Below, piece by piece: positions 55,152 through 64,000 of a stretch of DNA of 64,000 bases. The stretch spans positions 3,348,001 through 3,412,000 of the forward strand of contig OZ251225.1 of NCBI GenBank assembly GCA_965240325.2, read 5' to 3'. Numbering within the stretch: position 1 is the first letter of the stretch; each line of letters opens with the position of its first letter. The notes under the pieces were generated by a model. That model saw only the letters and a program-made list of their open reading frames with translations. It was not told the origin of the DNA and ran no database searches. Source of the stretch: Rebecca billardiae RCC1528. Taxonomy: Eukaryota; Protista; Haptophyta. Position numbers and translations under genes: made by a program.

Positions 55152-58100
55152 TCAATCACAGCGGGCGCCGTCGCCCGGTGGCGTCGCTGCCCCAGGCGGC
55201 GGCGAAGCGCCCGTCGGCGGCGGGCGGCGGAGGCGGGCCATGCTGCGCTGCGATCGGCCCCACGAGAGCGCGCGCAGGAGCGGCGCGCCCGGAGGCGGTT
55301 GCGACGTGCCCGCCGCGCGGCGCGTGGAGGGCGATGACTGCCTGTCGCCGCGCGCGGCGGCGGCAGACGCCGGCCGCGCGGGCGTCGCGGCGCGCGCCGC
55401 CGCGGCCGCGCGCGCTCGCGTCGCGGCGAGGTGCTCGAGCGGCACGCCCTCACCGTCCCCATGCAGCTGCACCGCCAGCGCGTCCAGGAGAGCGGCGAGG
55501 GCGGCGGGCTCGGCCGGCGGCGGGGCGGCGGCGCGCTCTGCGCGAGCGGCGGCGTCGGGCGTGCCGCCGACGCCGTCGGCGCCGCTGCTCGGGTGGCGCG
55601 GCGGCGGCGGCAGCAGCCCGACCTCCGCGGCGACCGCCCACGCCTCGGCGAGCTGCGCGCTCCACAGCGCGCGCAGCACGCGCCCCAGGTGCGCACCCGC
55701 CGCGCCGTCCGTGCCGCCGAGCGCGCCGACGAGCTCGGTGAGGGCGTCGCACACATACAGGGCGAGCGCGCTCGCTGCGGCCGCTGCGTCCTCGTCCACG
55801 GCCGAGTGCGGCGCGGCGGCGGCGGCCCCGCCGACAGCCGGCGAGCCTGTCTCGTCCAGCCGCGCCGCGGCGGCGCGCGCGAGCGCGTGGCGCGTGAGCG
55901 CTGCCGCGGGCAGTAGCAGCATGGCGCGCGCACTCTCGACAGCGGCGGCGGAGGCGTGGGCGAGGGCGGCCTGCGCTGGCGCGACGTGCTCGGCGCTCGC
56001 GCGCGCCCAGTGCTCCGCGCCCAGCGCGCTCGTCGCGGGGCCCGAGCCTCCGCCCTCGGCGCGCGCGGCGGCGGCGGCGGCAGCGGCGGCGCTGTGCGCC
56101 GCGCCCAACGTGAGCGACTCCCGAAGCGAGCTCAGCCGTCGGATGGAGGCGGCCGCGCTCAGCTCCGCGCTGCCGGCGTCGGCCGGCGGCGGGCTGGCGG
56201 GGTGGCAGCCGGGCGCGCCGTGCTCCGCCGCGCCGCCGACCCCGCCGCCCATCCGCGCCTCGGCGAACGCGTCGATGGCGACGGCCGTCTGCTCGAGCGA
56301 GCTGAGCACCACAGCAGCGCCGCGCAGCGCCGGCGCCTGCGCGCGCGCGCACTCGGCGGCCCACGCGCACAGCTGCTGCAGCGGCGCTGCGGCCGCGTTG
56401 CGGGAGACGACGGCGTCGGCGGCGGAGAGCAGGGAGGCCGGCGGCTGCGGTGTCTGCGCGGCGGGCGGGCTCGCGCCGAGCGCGCCGCCGCCGCCGCCGC
56501 CGCCGTGTGCGGGCGTGCGCGCCGCGCCCCGCCAGGTGGAGGCGGGCGCGCCGCCGCCGCTCGCGTCAGTGCCGGCGCCGCGCGCGCTCGCGCCGCTCGG
56601 CGGCGTGGGCGCGCGCGGCGGCGGGCGCGCGGGCGGAGGCGTGCGGGCGCCGCCCCCGCGCCCCGGCTCGGCCGGCCCGCCGCCCACGCCCAGCGCGCTT
56701 GGCGGCCGCGCGAGCGCCGACCAGCGCGCGCTCGGCAGCCGATTCATCCCCGCGCTCGCCGCCGAGCGCGCCAACGCGCCCACGACTTTCTCGAGCGAGA
56801 CGCCGGCGCTGCCGAGCGCGGCGGCGCGCGAGGTGCCGCGGCGCGCCGCGTCGGCGAGCGCGCGCGCGCACTCGATGCGCGCGCTCGTGACGAGCTGCGC
56901 GCAGCGCGCCCTCGCGCCCTCCGCGAGCGCGCCGAGCGCGCGCGCCATGCAGCCAAACACCCTTAGCACATGCTCCGGCCCAAGCAACGCTGGCGGCAGC
57001 CGCAGCAGCGCGTCAAGCACCTCCTGCAAAGAGGTGCACACGTCCACGCAGCACGCGGCGAGCGCGGTGCCGCTCACCGCGGGCTCCCACCCCGAGCCGC
57101 CCGCCGGCGCCGCGGACGCGCCCGCCGCGCCCGACGCCGCGCGCGCCCAGCCCTCCAGCCTCTGCCCCGCCTGCTCCAGCCACGCCGTCACGTGCGGCGC
57201 CACCCAGGGGCGGCTCTCGGCGGCGAGCGGGGCGGGGGCGCGCGCCGCCGCGCCGCCGCGCCGCGCGCGCGTGGAGCGGCCGAGGGCGTGCATCTCGGCG
57301 ACGCGCACGTCGAGCTCGCCCACCGCGGCGCACAGGCTGCCCAGACCCGCGAGGCCCGGCACCGCCTCCACCGCCGCCGCCGCACCGCCGCCGGCGCGCG
57401 GTGCGTGCGCGAGCGCCTCTTGAGGGTGGGCGGGCTGCCCGCCTCCGTCGAGCTCAAGCAAGCCCCAGAGCAGGTGCGCACGCAGCGCGCGCGCGACCGC
57501 CGCGCGCTGCGCCTCGACCATCGCGCACGCGAGCTCGGCCGCGGCGCGGCGCATGTGCGGCGGCCGCGCGTGCCGCGCCGTGACCGCGCCGCGCATCGCG
57601 CCGAATGCTGCCGACGCGGCGGCCAGAGCAACAACCTGCCTGGCGGTGGGGACGGCGGCTGACTGCGCGCGCTCGCACGCGTGCGCGGCGAGGCGTCGCC
57701 AGTGCGCCTCGAAGGCGGCGAGCGCGCGCCGAGCCGCCTGCCGCCCCTCGAGGTCGGCCGCCGTCGGCGCCGAGGCGCCGCCCGCGCCGCCGCCACCCGC
57801 GGCCGCGCCCGCCGCGCTCGGCGGTGGCGGCGGCGGAAGCGGCGGCAGCGGCAGCCTCGAGCGCGAGGCCTCGGGCTGACTCGGCGCGTGCGCGAGGCCG
57901 CTCGCGCCCCCGCCACCAGCCACCCCGCCCACCGCTTGACGCTCGCCCTCCTCCCCCTCCCCCTCCTCCTCCTCCTCCTCCTCCTCCTCCGCCTCCTCCT
58001 CCTCCTCCTCGAGGTCGAGGCCGCTCCCCTTGAGGTCCAAGTCTCGCGCGCCGCCGCGGGGCAGGGCGGGGCTGGCCGACGCCGCCGCGGCCGCCTCCGC

Positions 58101-59519
58101 CTCGGCGGCCGCCTCGGCGGCGGCCTCTGCACGCACGCGCGCGCAGAGCGTCAGCAGCAGCTCGAGGGCCGCGCCATCAGGCCCGCCCCTCGGGCTGCTC
58201 CCCTTCGGCCCGCGCTGCGCCGCGCCCTCCCTCGGCGGCGGGCTCAGCCACAGCTCCGCAACCGCGTGCAGCGCGTGGCATAGCAGCACGCTGCGCTCGC
58301 GAGCGGCGGCCTCAGGGCGGAGCCCCGCACCGCCGTTGGGCGGGACGGCGTGCCCGTCCGCGCGGTGCGGCGCGGCGGGAGGCCCGGCCACGCCCGCGGC
58401 GTGAGCGGCCGGCGCCGGCTCCGCCCGCGCGAGCAGCAGCTCCATGTGCGCGCACGGCAGTGCCGCGCCCCACGCGCGCGCGCATGCGTCTTCGCACAGC
58501 GCGCGCAGCTGCACTGCGTCAGCATGGCTGCCGGGGAGGCCGTGGCTGGCGGCGAGGCTGTGCGCGAGCCGGCGCGTCGCCGCGAGGAGGAGCGCGCGCC
58601 GTCGCGACGAAGCCGGCTCAGACGCCGTGCACACGCGCACCGCCTCGAGCAGCGCGCGGCAGGCGCCGTCCACGTGTGCGGCCGCGCGCTCGGCACCGCT
58701 CGGCCCGTGAGCGCCGCCGTGCGCCGCGCCGACCTTGAGCTGCGCGTACTCGCTCACGCTGACGCCGAGCAGCTCCCACCAGTGCAGCGCCTCGAGCTCG
58801 TCGCACAGCGTCTGCGGGTGCAGCTCGGCATGCCACGCCCCGTCCACCGCCGCCGCAGCCGCCCCGTCGGCTGGTCGCTCGGCGCCGAGGGCGGCCGGCT
58901 CCGCGCGCGGCCGCACGGCCACGCTCATCAGCTCGTGGGCGAGGGGCGAGGAGATGGGCGGCGGCCGCGGGGCCGGTGGCGCCGTGTCACCAGCGCGCGT
59001 GCTCGACGCACCGGGCTGCGCTCTGCCCGCCTCGTCCTCGCCCAGGCAGTGCCAGAGAGCCAGCCGCACAGCGCCGCTCACGTGCGAGCGCTCCGAGCGC
59101 TTGCCGAGCACGAGCCGCATGTCGTGGACGACGCGCCGCTCGAGGCGGTCGAGGCGCAGGTCGGCGCGGCCGAGGAAGCAGCCCGTATCCGCCTCGCCCG
59201 CGCTCGTCGCGCCGAAGAGCTCGACGCGCACGGCGCCGTCGGCCGGCGCGCGCGGCAGCCGCAGCGTGCACGGCACGCGAGGCCCGATGAGCGTCAGGTC
59301 GCCGCCAGAGAGCGCGACGACCGTGGGCGAGTCGGGCGTGCGCCCGTGCTTCAGGATCAAGTCATAGCACTCGACGACGCGAACCTGCGCCAGCGTTCCC
59401 GCGGCACGGAGCCGCCACGGCGGCCTCCGCGCCGAACGACTTGCCTCCGGGCGACGGCCGCCGCGTTCTCCTGCGGTGTCAGCCTGCTGATTCCCCGCGG
59501 CGGCGGTTCCTGATGGCAC
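55152..59519 (-). CDS. Munc13/Unc13-like protein (C2 + MUN/MHD1-MHD2); 5' end uncertain
   Basis: C2: VRVVECYDL...CFLGRADL...LGKRSERSHVSGAVRL; MHD1-like PHVTAWLE...LEGWARAA...WEP...VDVCTSL; MHD2-like LHGDGEGVPLEHL. Confidence 0.7.
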   Translation of the reverse strand: MPSGTAAAGNQQADTAGERGGRRPEASRSARRPPWRLRAAGTLAQVRVVECYDLILKHGRTPDSPTVVALSGGDLTLIGPRVPCTLRLPRAPADGAVRVELFGATSAGEADTGCFLGRADLRLDRLERRVVHDMRLVLGKRSERSHVSGAVRLALWHCLGEDEAGRAQPGASSTRAGDTAPPAPRPPPISSPLAHELMSVAVRPRAEPAALGAERPADGAAAAAVDGAWHAELHPQTLCDELEALHWWELLGVSVSEYAQLKVGAAHGGAHGPSGAERAAAHVDGACRALLEAVRVCTASEPASSRRRALLLAATRRLAHSLAASHGLPGSHADAVQLRALCEDACARAWGAALPCAHMELLLARAEPAPAAHAAGVAGPPAAPHRADGHAVPPNGGAGLRPEAAARERSVLLCHALHAVAELWLSPPPREGAAQRGPKGSSPRGGPDGAALELLLTLCARVRAEAAAEAAAEAEAAAAASASPALPRGGARDLDLKGSGLDLEEEEEEAEEEEEEEEEGEGEEGERQAVGGVAGGGGASGLAHAPSQPEASRSRLPLPPLPPPPPPSAAGAAAGGGGAGGASAPTAADLEGRQAARRALAAFEAHWRRLAAHACERAQSAAVPTARQVVALAAASAAFGAMRGAVTARHARPPHMRRAAAELACAMVEAQRAAVARALRAHLLWGLLELDGGGQPAHPQEALAHAPRAGGGAAAAVEAVPGLAGLGSLCAAVGELDVRVAEMHALGRSTRARRGGAAARAPAPLAAESRPWVAPHVTAWLEQAGQRLEGWARAASGAAGASAAPAGGSGWEPAVSGTALAACCVDVCTSLQEVLDALLRLPPALLGPEHVLRVFGCMARALGALAEGARARCAQLVTSARIECARALADAARRGTSRAAALGSAGVSLEKVVGALARSAASAGMNRLPSARWSALARPPSALGVGGGPAEPGRGGGARTPPPARPPPRAPTPPSGASARGAGTDASGGGAPASTWRGAARTPAHGGGGGGGALGASPPAAQTPQPPASLLSAADAVVSRNAAAAPLQQLCAWAAECARAQAPALRGAAVVLSSLEQTAVAIDAFAEARMGGGVGGAAEHGAPGCHPASPPPADAGSAELSAAASIRRLSSLRESLTLGAAHSAAAAAAAAARAEGGGSGPATSALGAEHWARASAEHVAPAQAALAHASAAAVESARAMLLLPAAALTRHALARAAAARLDETGSPAVGGAAAAAPHSAVDEDAAAAASALALYVCDALTELVGALGGTDGAAGAHLGRVLRALWSAQLAEAWAVAAEVGLLPPPPRHPSSGADGVGGTPDAAARAERAAAPPPAEPAALAALLDALAVQLHGDGEGVPLEHLAATRARAAAAARAATPARPASAAAARGDRQSSPSTRRAAGTSQPPPGAPLLRALSWGRSQRSMARLRRPPPTGASPPPGAATPPGDGARCD

Positions 59520-59527
59520 GAAAATAC

Positions 59528-61783
59528 CCCCTTACGTATTTACAGACGGTCTCTGCTGGAGACCGTCTCTGGGGAGCCCGGCCCAGAGACGGTCTCTGGC
59601 CGCCGGCCGCCAAAGACGGTCTCTGCTGGAGACCATTTTCTCGGTGGCGCCACTGGCGCGAGCGCTCCCAGGGCTGTGCCGCCGCGGGGCTGCTGGCTCC
59701 GTTCGCCGCCAAGCGCCATGCCGGCCGGCCCCGCCCTGGAACGGCGCTGGCACACGAGACCGCGTACAGTACTGCGCGCCGTGGATGCACTACGCAGCAG
59801 CTACGCTGTGCAGCGACTCGCGCGCTCCAACTTGTGGTGCCACGCGCTTGCGCGCTCGCGCGAACGCGTGTGTTCGAACGCACCTGTGCATGCTCACACG
59901 CGAGAGGTCTGACTTGATGCTGACGAGCGTGGTGGCTCATGGCTCGCAAGAGGAGCCACATGCCACACTCTTTCTCCCCGCCCCCGAGCCCTCTCTCGCG
60001 TGTGACAAGTACGCGCGCGCATGTTCTGAGCGCCGCAGCGCAACATGGCGCGCTCACTCACACTTCGCGCGCACCATCTCCTGCCGCAGACGACCAGCCC
60101 GTGCGCGTCGCGCGCCTTGCCCAAAAGGTGTGCGAGCAGCTGACCCGAGCAGATCGATCGCCGGGTGCGCCGAGCAGTCTGCGCCCACGCCGCTGACCGG
60201 CGTGGGCGATGCAGGTTGGCGGATCACCTTACTGTGCGCTGGCCTCGGCGCAGCAGCCAAGTTTCCCGCGCGGCAGCCCTGGAGGTGCTTGGGGGCGCGC
60301 GCTCGGCCGTGGAGGCGCCCGCGCAGGCAAAGTGTATAGCAGAGCAGCCGCGAGAGAGCGCGCAGCGCCCTTCCATGTCAAGCGCCTCGCTCATAGGCAC
60401 GTTCAGCACGTCTCGGGGCAGTGCGCGCCACGCGACGCTGCCGCCCGCCTGCCGCGGAGCGCAAGTGCCGCAAGTGCCAGGCGCGGGCAACGGTCAGTGG
60501 GACACTGTGTTTTTGTCTTGAATCGTGTTGGCCAGGCAAGTGGTCGTGAGATGTTGTCACCATGTGATCCTTTAAAGGCGCATACCGCTTTCGGCACTTC
60601 GCACCGTCGCGCTCGCGCTGTCGGCCCCGCCGTGACGGTGATCGTCATACTCATAGTGGCTCAGTAGTGGACAGTGCCAGGCAAGAAATAAGCAGGCTAT
60701 GTGGGACGGGATCAAACTCCTGCTCGACGGTGCGAGGTCATACACTGAGCGTAGGTTAGATCGCAAATTCTCTCGCCGGCTCGTCCGACCCGTACCGACG
60801 ACGGAGTGCATCACGGATGGCTGACCGTTGCCCGCGCCTGGCACTTGCGGCACTTGCGCTCCGTGGCAGCGTCGCGTCACGGGCGCGCACTGCCCCGAGA
60901 CGTGCTGAACGTGCCTATGAGCGAGGCGCTTGACATGGAAGGGCGCTGCGCGCTCTCTCGCGGCTGCTCTGCTATACACTTTGCCTGCGCGGGCGCCTCC
61001 ACGGCCGAGCGCGCGCCCCCAAGCACCTCCAGGGCTGCCGCGCGGGAAACTTGGCTGCTGCGCCGAGGCCAGCGCACAGTAAGGTGATCCGCCAACCTGC
61101 ATCGCCCACGCCGGTCAGCGGCGTGGGCGCAGACTGCTCGGCGCACCCGGCGATCGATCTGCTCGGGTCAGCTGCTCGCACACCTTTTGGGCAAGGCGCG
61201 CGACGCGCACGGGCTGGTCGTCTGCGGCAGGAGATGGTGCGCGCGAAGTGTGAGTGAGCGCGCCATGTTGCGCTGCGGCGCTCAGAACATGCGCGCGCGT
61301 ACTTGTCACACGCGAGAGAGGGCTCGGGGGCGGGGAGAAAGAGTGTGGCATGTGGCTCCTCTTGCGAGCCATGAGCCACCACGCTCGTCAGCATCAAGTC
61401 AGACCTCTCGCGTGCGAGCATGCACAGGTGCGTTCGAACACACGCGTTCGCGCGAGCGCGCAAGCGCGTGGCACCACAAGTTGGAGCGCGCGAGTCGCTG
61501 CACAGCGTAGCTGCTGCGTAGTGCATCCACGGCGCGCAGTACTGTACGCGGTCTCGTGTGCCAGCGCCGTTCCAGGGCGGGGCCGGCCGGCATGGCGCTT
61601 GGCGGCGAACGGAGCCAGCAGCCCCGCGGCGGCACAGCCCCGGGAGCGCTCGCGCCAGTGGCGCCACCGAGAAAATGGTCTCCAGCAGAGACCGTCTTTG
61701 GCGGCCGGCGGCCAGAGACCGTCTCTGGGCCGGGCTCCCCAGAGACGGTCTCCAGCAGAGACCGTCTGTAAATACGTAAGGGG
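59528..61783. mobile_element. Non-autonomous foldback/MULE-like element (about 965-bp TIRs, 9-bp TSD)
   Basis: TIRs 59528-60497 / 60821-61783; TSD cgaaaatac at 59519-59527 and 61784-61792; subterminal repeats of agacggtctctg. Confidence 0.92.
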
Positions 61784-61868
61784 CGAAAATACTGATGATC
61801 AGACTCTGTGCATCCGCAGCAGCACGGCGGCTGCGCACTCGTCAAGGGGTCATGCATGGTGAGGTCCC

Positions 61869-64000
61869 CTACAATGCTCCACGGTGCGTCAACGCCTCGG
61901 CTGTCCGTTGGCTCAGAGAGTGGAGGGCTGGAGTCGCGTGCTGAGATGCGAGCCGTCTCATCCCGGCCGCGCCGGCGACGTGCGCGCGCTGCTGCTCGAT
62001 CGCGTCGACGACGCGCGAGCGGTCGATGATGTTGGCGAAGCGAAAGGTGCGCTTGTCGTGGGTGACGACGGTGATGCCCGTGTCGAGCAGTCCGGCGTAC
62101 CGGTACCCGCCCACCTGCGCGATGTGCGTCAGGTCGATCAGCAGCAGCCGGCGCGTGAGCGCGCACGAGTGGCTGTCGCACTCGCCCGCCGTGTTCAGCG
62201 CGGACGCGCACGCGCTCGTGAAGCACAGGCTGTGCGGCGAGAGCGTCAGCCAGCCGCGCACGCCGCTGTCGCCCTCGGCCTCGCATGACACGCGCAGCAG
62301 CTCGTCCGCCGCCGACGAGCCCAGCCGCGCCGCCGGCGACACGTAGCCGGCGAGCCACGAGAGCGTGCGCGACGCAGTGCCGACGAGCTGCGCCGTGCTC
62401 GGCAGCTGCGAGCCCCAGAGCTGCCCGACCGCACGCCGCAGCGCCGTCGCCGTCGTGCCGTCGGCCGCGGCGGCGAGCGCGTCGCGCGCGAGGGGCGGCT
62501 CGGCGGCGGAGGCGCCCTCGCCCGCGCCGCCCTCCGCCGCCGGCTGCGGATGCTTCGCCGTCACCTGCATCACGATCTGCACGGCCGAGTGCACGGTCAC
62601 GAGCGCATACCCGTCGCGGCCCATCAGCAGCTGGGCGCTCAGCACGTCGCCGACGAGCATCAGCGTGGACGGGAGGTGGCCGACGCGGGCCTGCATCACG
62701 ACGTACGCCATCACCGGCACCAGGTCGTCCGCGCCGAGCGGCGAGCCCACGATCGCGCTCGCCTGGCGGCACGCCTCCTCGCACGCCTCCGCCAGCAGGG
62801 CCATCAGCTCGCGCACGTCGCGCGCGGTCGGCAGCCGGCGCAGCAGCGCGAGCGCGCGCCTGAACGCGTCGGCCGGTGCGCCCGCGAGCGCGGGGAGCAG
62901 GCCGAGGTCTGCCGCCGAGGCGGTGCGCAGCGCGTGCACGTGCGACGAGTACGCCGCGTCCATGTCCGCGAGGCACGTGCGGTAGATGTCGAGCAGCACG
63001 GCGAAGCACGCGCGGCACAGAACTGACTCGCACGCGACGCGCACGGCGTCAGCGTCGGCGCGCGCGGCCGTGCCCTCGGCCGCAGCGCGAGCGGCGGGGA
63101 GGAGGCCAAAGTGCGCGACGGCGGTCTCGAGCGCCATGGCGCCCAGCCGCACGTACTGCCCCGCCATGATGCTCGCGTCGCGCGTCGCCTGGTCCGTCGC
63201 CAGCCACGTGCGCCACGTGTCGTCCAGCTCCTCCGCCAGCCGCTGCACGAACAAGGCGAGCGGCGCGCACGGCTGCAGCGAGAGCTGGCGCTGCAGGCGC
63301 GCGTCCGCGGCGTCGAGCGGCGAGGCGCCGTCCGGGGCCGCGCCGCGTCTCGAGCCCGGCGGCGTGACGCCGTGCGCGAGCGCGCCGTCCCCGCCGCCCC
63401 GCCCACCCGCCGCGCCAGACTCCATGCACGCCCAGACGTCGACGACGGCCGCGGCCGCCGCGCCCACCGGATCGAGCGAGCTCGCGGCGCCCGCCGCCCC
63501 GGCGCGGCACCAGAACACCTCGCCGTCGACGACGGCGAGGGCGACGCCGGGCAGCCCCGGCGCGCACGCGAGCTGCGGCGCGCACAGCTGCGCGCGCACC
63601 GGCGCCGCAGACCAGCGGGACGACCACGCCAGCCTGCTCGTCCACGCGCTCGCGCCGCCGTCCGCACGCCGCCCGGCGGCGCCCTCGTCTGCGCTCGCAC
63701 TCGCGCGCACGCTCGCGCGCGCCGTCTTGCCGTCGACGCTCACGACAACGCGCACGACGGCGGGCTCTGCGGGCGGTGGGCGCCGAGGCACGCTCTCGAG
63801 CCGGACGCACGCCGCGGGCCTCGACGGCTCGAGCACGTCGCGCACCTCGATCGCCGCGCCGCCATCGACACACGCAAGCACGCTGGGAAAGCTGAGCGCG
63901 ACGGCGAGCGGCGCGCTCGACCAGCTGATGCGGCCGTGCGTGACGAACGCGCTCGCGTGCGTGCTCGACTCGACGTCGAGGAGCAGGCGCACGCACTCGG
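61869..64000 (-). CDS. VPS9-domain (Rab5 GEF) protein with C-terminal GRAM/PH-like and N-terminal CNH-like segments; 5'-truncated by window
   Basis: LGADDLVPVMAYVV...GRDGYALVTVHSAV (VPS9); SCE...RGWLTLSPHSLCF...GITVVTHDKRTFRFANIIDR (GRAM); ISWSSAPLAVALSFPSVL...IEVRDV (CNH-like). Confidence 0.8.
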   Translation of the reverse strand, partial: ECVRLLLDVESSTHASAFVTHGRISWSSAPLAVALSFPSVLACVDGGAAIEVRDVLEPSRPAACVRLESVPRRPPPAEPAVVRVVVSVDGKTARASVRASASADEGAAGRRADGGASAWTSRLAWSSRWSAAPVRAQLCAPQLACAPGLPGVALAVVDGEVFWCRAGAAGAASSLDPVGAAAAAVVDVWACMESGAAGGRGGGDGALAHGVTPPGSRRGAAPDGASPLDAADARLQRQLSLQPCAPLALFVQRLAEELDDTWRTWLATDQATRDASIMAGQYVRLGAMALETAVAHFGLLPAARAAAEGTAARADADAVRVACESVLCRACFAVLLDIYRTCLADMDAAYSSHVHALRTASAADLGLLPALAGAPADAFRRALALLRRLPTARDVRELMALLAEACEEACRQASAIVGSPLGADDLVPVMAYVVMQARVGHLPSTLMLVGDVLSAQLLMGRDGYALVTVHSAVQIVMQVTAKHPQPAAEGGAGEGASAAEPPLARDALAAAADGTTATALRRAVGQLWGSQLPSTAQLVGTASRTLSWLAGYVSPAARLGSSAADELLRVSCEAEGDSGVRGWLTLSPHSLCFTSACASALNTAGECDSHSCALTRRLLLIDLTHIAQVGGYRYAGLLDTGITVVTHDKRTFRFANIIDRSRVVDAIEQQRAHVAGAAGMRRLASQHATPALHSLSQRTAEALTHRGAL

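Overview
Very GC-rich eukaryotic genomic DNA with short GT-AG introns and compact head-to-head gene pairs. It looks like an alga or protist, possibly a haptophyte, but that is inference only. Most short ORFs in the track are GC-driven shadow ORFs. Bases 1-19.4 kb are a nested mobile-element island. It is built from two related families (called A and B here) of 1.8-2.6 kb non-autonomous elements with the same asymmetric end design. One end is AT + a 12-bp subterminal inverted repeat + a hairpin. The other end is the partner 12-bp repeat, a CAAC-nnn-GTTG mini-hairpin and a 7-bp/3-nt hairpin + AT. The two families differ by compensatory base changes in these stems. They carry different cargo, form a head-to-tail tandem sharing one AT, and show no longer TSD, which points to rolling-circle (Helentron/Replitron-like) or Crypton-like mobility. 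A fifth A copy lies at 35.9-40.1 kb and carries a decayed DEDDh-exonuclease/piggyBac-like insert. Several TIR elements are also present: an 892-bp-TIR foldback, an IS630/Tc1 relic, a 24-bp-TIR element, a P-like MITE with a 7-bp TSD and a MULE-like foldback with a 9-bp TSD. The gene-dense part (19.9-64 kb) encodes an intronless Z1-type SF2 helicase-like protein, INTS11/CPSF3L, thioredoxin, MPDU1, a sulfotransferase-like/sulfatase pair, an SLC17-type MFS transporter, an FkbM-like methyltransferase, an FAD monooxygenase, DUF938/METTL26, eIF2B-gamma, LRRC49, a small His-rich protein, a Munc13-like C2-MUN protein and a CNH-like/VPS9/GRAM protein. All identifications come from motif recognition by eye; no database search was run.
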